DNA from: Octopus sinensis
Lineage: Eukaryota
Length of the DNA stretch: 59,572 nucleotides
Assembly: GCF_006345805.1 (NCBI RefSeq)
Contig: NW_021832991.1
Span: 1-59,572 of the forward strand
Direction: 5' to 3'
The translations under genes were made by a program, and so were the position numbers. Each line of letters starts with the position of its first letter. The stretch's first letter is position 1. A model generated the notes under the pieces. That model saw only the letters and a list, made by a program, of their open reading frames with translations. It had not been told where the DNA came from and made no database searches. Shown in pieces: positions 51,537-59,572 of the stretch.

Positions 51537-51669
51537 GAAAGAAGAAGAAGAAGAAGAAGAAGAAGAAGAAGAAGAAGAAGAAGAAAAAGAAGAAGAAGAA
51601 GAAGAAGAAGAGAAGAAGAAGAAGAAGAAGAAGAAGAAGAAGAAGAAGACGAACAAGAAAACAACATAG

Positions 51670-52591
51670 CATGGTATGTAAAAATGCCATAGAACCGCTA
51701 TTATTAGAAATAAGGCTAGGCTTGTGTAGGATGAAAGATTGCAAAGATAAAGAACTATACAAGAAATTAAATACGGATGAAACTGAAAATAGGTGGGTAA
51801 AGGAAAAAATGCATGGTCAATTTCATAGGGATGTTGGAGATAAGACGGACAGAGAAAAAATGGCTGCGGATGACAAAAAGTGATTTAAAACCGGGAATGG
51901 AGGCTCTAATCTGTGCTTCCCAAGCTCAAGCACTAAGAACAAGCTACATAAAATACACAATAGACAACACAGCAGAAAGGGATAAGCGCAGAGTCTGCGG
52001 ACAAAACGATGAAACTGTATGGCATATTACCAACCAATATACGCTACTAGCCCAGAAGGAATATAAGAGGCGCCACGTCAATATAGCCAGGCTTGTCCAT
52101 TGGACATATTGCAACAAGTATTAACTTGACAGAGCAAAAAATTGGTACGACCACAAACCTGAAGTCATCGTCGAAAATAGAAATGCAAAGATCCTATGGG
52201 ATTTTATGATTCAGTGCGACCATGAGATAGAGAATAGGAAGCCAGACATAGTCTTAATTGAGAAAGAAAACGAACTATGCTGGATCGTAGATATAGCATG
52301 CCCAGCTGACAAGGTATGCGATAGGGAAGAAAAAAAAGTCGAGAGATATAACAGGTTAGCTTGGGAAGTTAAGCAGTTGTAGTCGATGAAAAAGGTAGCA
52401 GTAGTACCAATAATTATCGGAGCCCAGGGAACAGTAAGCAAAAGTCTCAAAAGGTACGTGGAACAAATTGGGGCTTCAATAAGGGTGGAGCACTTGCAGA
52501 AAACAACACTGCTTGGAACCTCTCGAATACTCCTGAAGGTGCTCGAAAAATAAGAAGTGTTACCTTAGTTCACTGGTAGTGAACTAAGGTA
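51670..52591 (+). mobile_element. 3' half of a third R4/Dong-like element
   Basis: 'WVKEKMHGQFHRD', 'WLRMTKSDLKPGMEALICASQAQALRT', 'WYDHKPEVIVENRNAKILWDF', 'RKPDIVLI', 'VPIIIGA'. Confidence 0.85.
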
Positions 52592-53026
52592 TCATATATA
52601 TATATCTATGTTACCTATATATACATATATATATGTATGTACATATATTTGTGTATTATCGCTACCATTGGTTTCATGTGAAATAAAATATCGTAATATA
52701 TTAACAATTTTTAAAGCCGATCACATGGGGGAATGGTCTTTGTCTCGAGATGTATTATCCACCAATTTCATCCACCGATGCGGTGTTGAGCACTAATTCT
52801 CGTGCTCGAAATTTACGCACGTGAACCGATGGCGATTTTCCTTCATCTTCATTGGACTTTTCCCTTTCTCCTTTCCGACAACGAGCTATGCTCCAAACGT
52901 TAAAAGCACTCTCCGTTGACTGAGCGTCAAATAAATATAATGCACATGTCCGTTTTTTTTTTTTTTGTTTTTCTCTTTTTAGGTTTTATTCGTTTCATGA
53001 ACTGTTTGTTTGTTGAATTGACTACG

Positions 53027-53059
<33 letters not shown>

Positions 53060-53060
53060 T

Positions 53061-53139
<79 letters not shown>

Positions 53140-53229
53140 CATATATATATATGGAAAAAAAAAACCATTATCGGTAAAAAAAAACTTGTACAGAAAGTTT
53201 TTTATATATATAATTATAAATATAATTAA

Positions 53230-53571
53230 GGGGTTAGCAACAAGTTGCTTCACCACATACCGAAAATTTAGGAAGAGCAGCCAAAAAGACAGCTAATTCT
53301 TTTTACTACAAATATGACTCCACAGACAACAATAATTGTAACTAACATAGGCAAAAAGAAGAAAAAATAACGAAATCAAACAGTCTTCGATTAATTATGG
53401 ACGCGATTAATCGAAGATTGTTCGATTTCGTTATTTTTTCTTCTTTTTACCTACGTGAGTTACAAATGTTTTTGTTTATGGAGTCATATTTGTAGTAAAA
53501 AAAATTAGCTGTCTTTTTGGTTGCTATTTCTAAATTTTTGGTATGTGGTGAAGCAACTTGTTGCTAAACCC
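53230..53571. mobile_element. 342-bp fold-back MITE-like element bounded by TTAA
   Basis: ~165-bp inverted arms around loop tatggacgcg (53396-53405); TTAA|GGGGTTAGC...GCTAAACCC|TTAA. Confidence 0.8.
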
Positions 53572-53929
53572 TTAATTATATATATATATTATATATATAT
53601 AATATATATATTAATATATTATATATATATAATATATATAGAATTATATATATATATATATACATACATATATCCACTCTCACCTCCCCCACCTCCCAAC
53701 AACATCACACCACACCACACTAGACCATACCACACAACACATCACATCACTACACACCACCACCCACACACCACCACTGACCAATTCCCATCCTCACATT
53801 TTCACACCTACACATACATACACGCACATGTGAAGATCACCAGCCCTCTTTCACACGCACATATGTACTGTCTTACACACACACACACCTTCGTTTTGGG
53901 ATCACTACTACTTTGTTGTCTCCCCTACT

Positions 53930-54149
53930 TCTTTGCTCTCCTGTGTAACCCTTCTGTCCGGCATTCGCCATGATAGATCGGTAGCCACTACACACATGTT
54001 TTTCTCACCTTGTTTCTTTCTGTGTGCCTTTCTATGGAAGAGCGTAGGCTCGGAACGTTAAAGACTTTTTTCAATTCCCGAGCGTTATACTAATACATCT
54101 GTTTGTTTTCTAAACCACATGTCTTCGTCTTTTGTTTGTTTTATTCATG

Positions 54150-54150
<1 letters not shown>
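53930..54150 (+). mobile_element. PLE-like terminal-repeat fragment with HHR-like cassette at 54028-54063
   Basis: Same family as 26525-26790 and 37320-37490. Confidence 0.7.
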
Positions 54151-57720
<3,570 letters not shown>

Positions 57721-59572
57721 TTTTCACATAGTACACATGTACATATATAATGCGAACGGTTTTATATATAAGCAAAATTAAGTTTGTTTATAGTTTTTCA
57801 GTGAATAGTTTTTACTCATTTTAATTTGCATACATTTCTTACGTAAGATGAAAAATTGTGAGTATTGAAATGAATGGATTTTAATCACAGTAAATATAAT
57901 ACATAAAAATAGTTAGTGAGGTGAGTAAATTAAATTAAAATTAAAATAGTTAATATTAAAATGATTCTTGAGAAGAAGATAGGAGAAAGATATAAAAACA
58001 ATTATTCTCGGAAAATAAATCGCTCAACTCGCAATACATTTTAGATAGAATATAGTAATACTAAAATATACTGATATGAATGACGTTTAAATAATAAATA
58101 GCAAAATAGTAAATTATATATAATATAATATATCATAACTTTTCTTGATATTACCTGTAACCTTTGTAATGTATATTATTTGTATATTTGTATATTTGTA
58201 TACATATACAAATATACAAAGGTATATGTAATGCAATGTATATTATATATTTTATATATAATATATAATATAATGCATAACATATATAAATATATAAAAT
58301 ATATAATATGATGTATAATAAGTGATATATAAAGTATGAACTAATTGCAATAAGATATAGGAATAATATTTACAAACTAAAGTATACGCTTTATCAGGAA
58401 CAATTATGATACAAAAGAAGTTTAAGACGAACTGAAAATATCAGATTTTATATAAATTGTATGCGGAATTATTATTATTGTATAATTATGATGTCAGTAA
58501 TGATAGATATATAAATAGATATATCGCTATATGAATTTCACATTGAAATATAGATATACGTATGGAAATATACACTTAATCATAACAACAAAATGTCAAT
58601 CCTACAGTTAAGTGGTATTTGTAAATACAAATAGTATAAAAATGTTAGTATAGATATTACTGGCAATATTAGTAATAAGTAATATTCGTACAGTGATTAA
58701 TACATTAAATTTTATGGGGGGAAATGGTCTTTACCATTATGCAAATATCTGACTTTTAGAAGTTTACAAAACTTGTATGGCTACAACTTTCATTTGATAT
58801 TGGGTCTTAGAAATAAGCTTAGTTTAACATCCTCGGTACATAAATTGCATCCCTTTCTTTAAACAATTTAAGGCATAACTTATTTTACAATATTCCATTT
58901 AATATCGAAAAGGGTTCCATCTCCTTTCAGTGTCTGCACGTAAGCTAATAAGGAAGTAGAAAATTTTAAAACGAATATTCATTCGAATATATTATATTTA
59001 AATGTGTAAGAAGTGAAATTTAGTGTTTTTGAGACAGTAACAATGCACTTGTGAATGATATATTTGGTTAAATAATTAGAATTAAGTATTGAGTCGGTGT
59101 AATACAATTGCATATCGAACCAGTAAATTATTAGCTGGATAAAGCTTATCCACAGTAGAAGCAATGTTACTAGCAAAGTTATTTCTACTGGAAAGAAATA
59201 GAGTAAGACCGGAGGAAATTGTTTCTTAACACAGGGGAACGGAAATTCTAAACTGAAAAAAGGATTATACCGAATCTTTTAAAGTTACCTCTATATTTAA
59301 ATCTATCAGTTTCAGGAATATATTAGTCTTTGCAAATTATCTCGATGTTATTGAGCCTCGTTCAAATGACGAATGGGTTTTAAAAATGTGTTCTTTTGTA
59401 GATATATTAGATAATCTAAGGGAAATGTTTTTGACCATAATAATAATAATACATTTAAGGTGGTTTGATAGTTTCTGTACGTATTTTAAATAAGCAGTGA
59501 GATTATGATATAGAGAAAATAAGCCATTACAAAAGTTAAGGGTAGTATCAAGAAAAGCTATCCAGGTTAGAT

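Noticed and set aside
57800-59572. Long AT-rich non-repetitive tail of the window
   Set aside because: No ORF, splice-bounded frame or structural motif I can support; likely intronic or intergenic.

Overview
Eukaryotic, AT-rich DNA saturated with microsatellites and transposon remnants. The SINE families and repeat landscape resemble an octopus (coleoid cephalopod) genome; this is inference from recalled sequence similarity, not a search. No intact protein-coding gene can be supported, and most ORF-track entries are translations of simple repeats. Supported content: tRNA-derived SINEs of at least three families, a rearranged Penelope-like element (PLE; RT plus GIY-YIG), a Neptune-like PLE 3' end, five R4/Dong-like RLE non-LTR fragments mostly beside (TAA)n, an L1/Tx1-like LINE remnant, Tc1/mariner remnants and several MITE-like fold-backs. 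The most striking pattern is more than a dozen minimal type I hammerhead-ribozyme (HHR) motifs. Two near-perfect ~450-bp palindromes each carry a pair of outward-facing HHRs. A tandem pair of fold-backs carries degenerate HHRs. A retrozyme-like element has a 451-nt cleavage-to-cleavage monomer. Repeat boundaries are approximate; HHR and palindrome coordinates were counted by hand.
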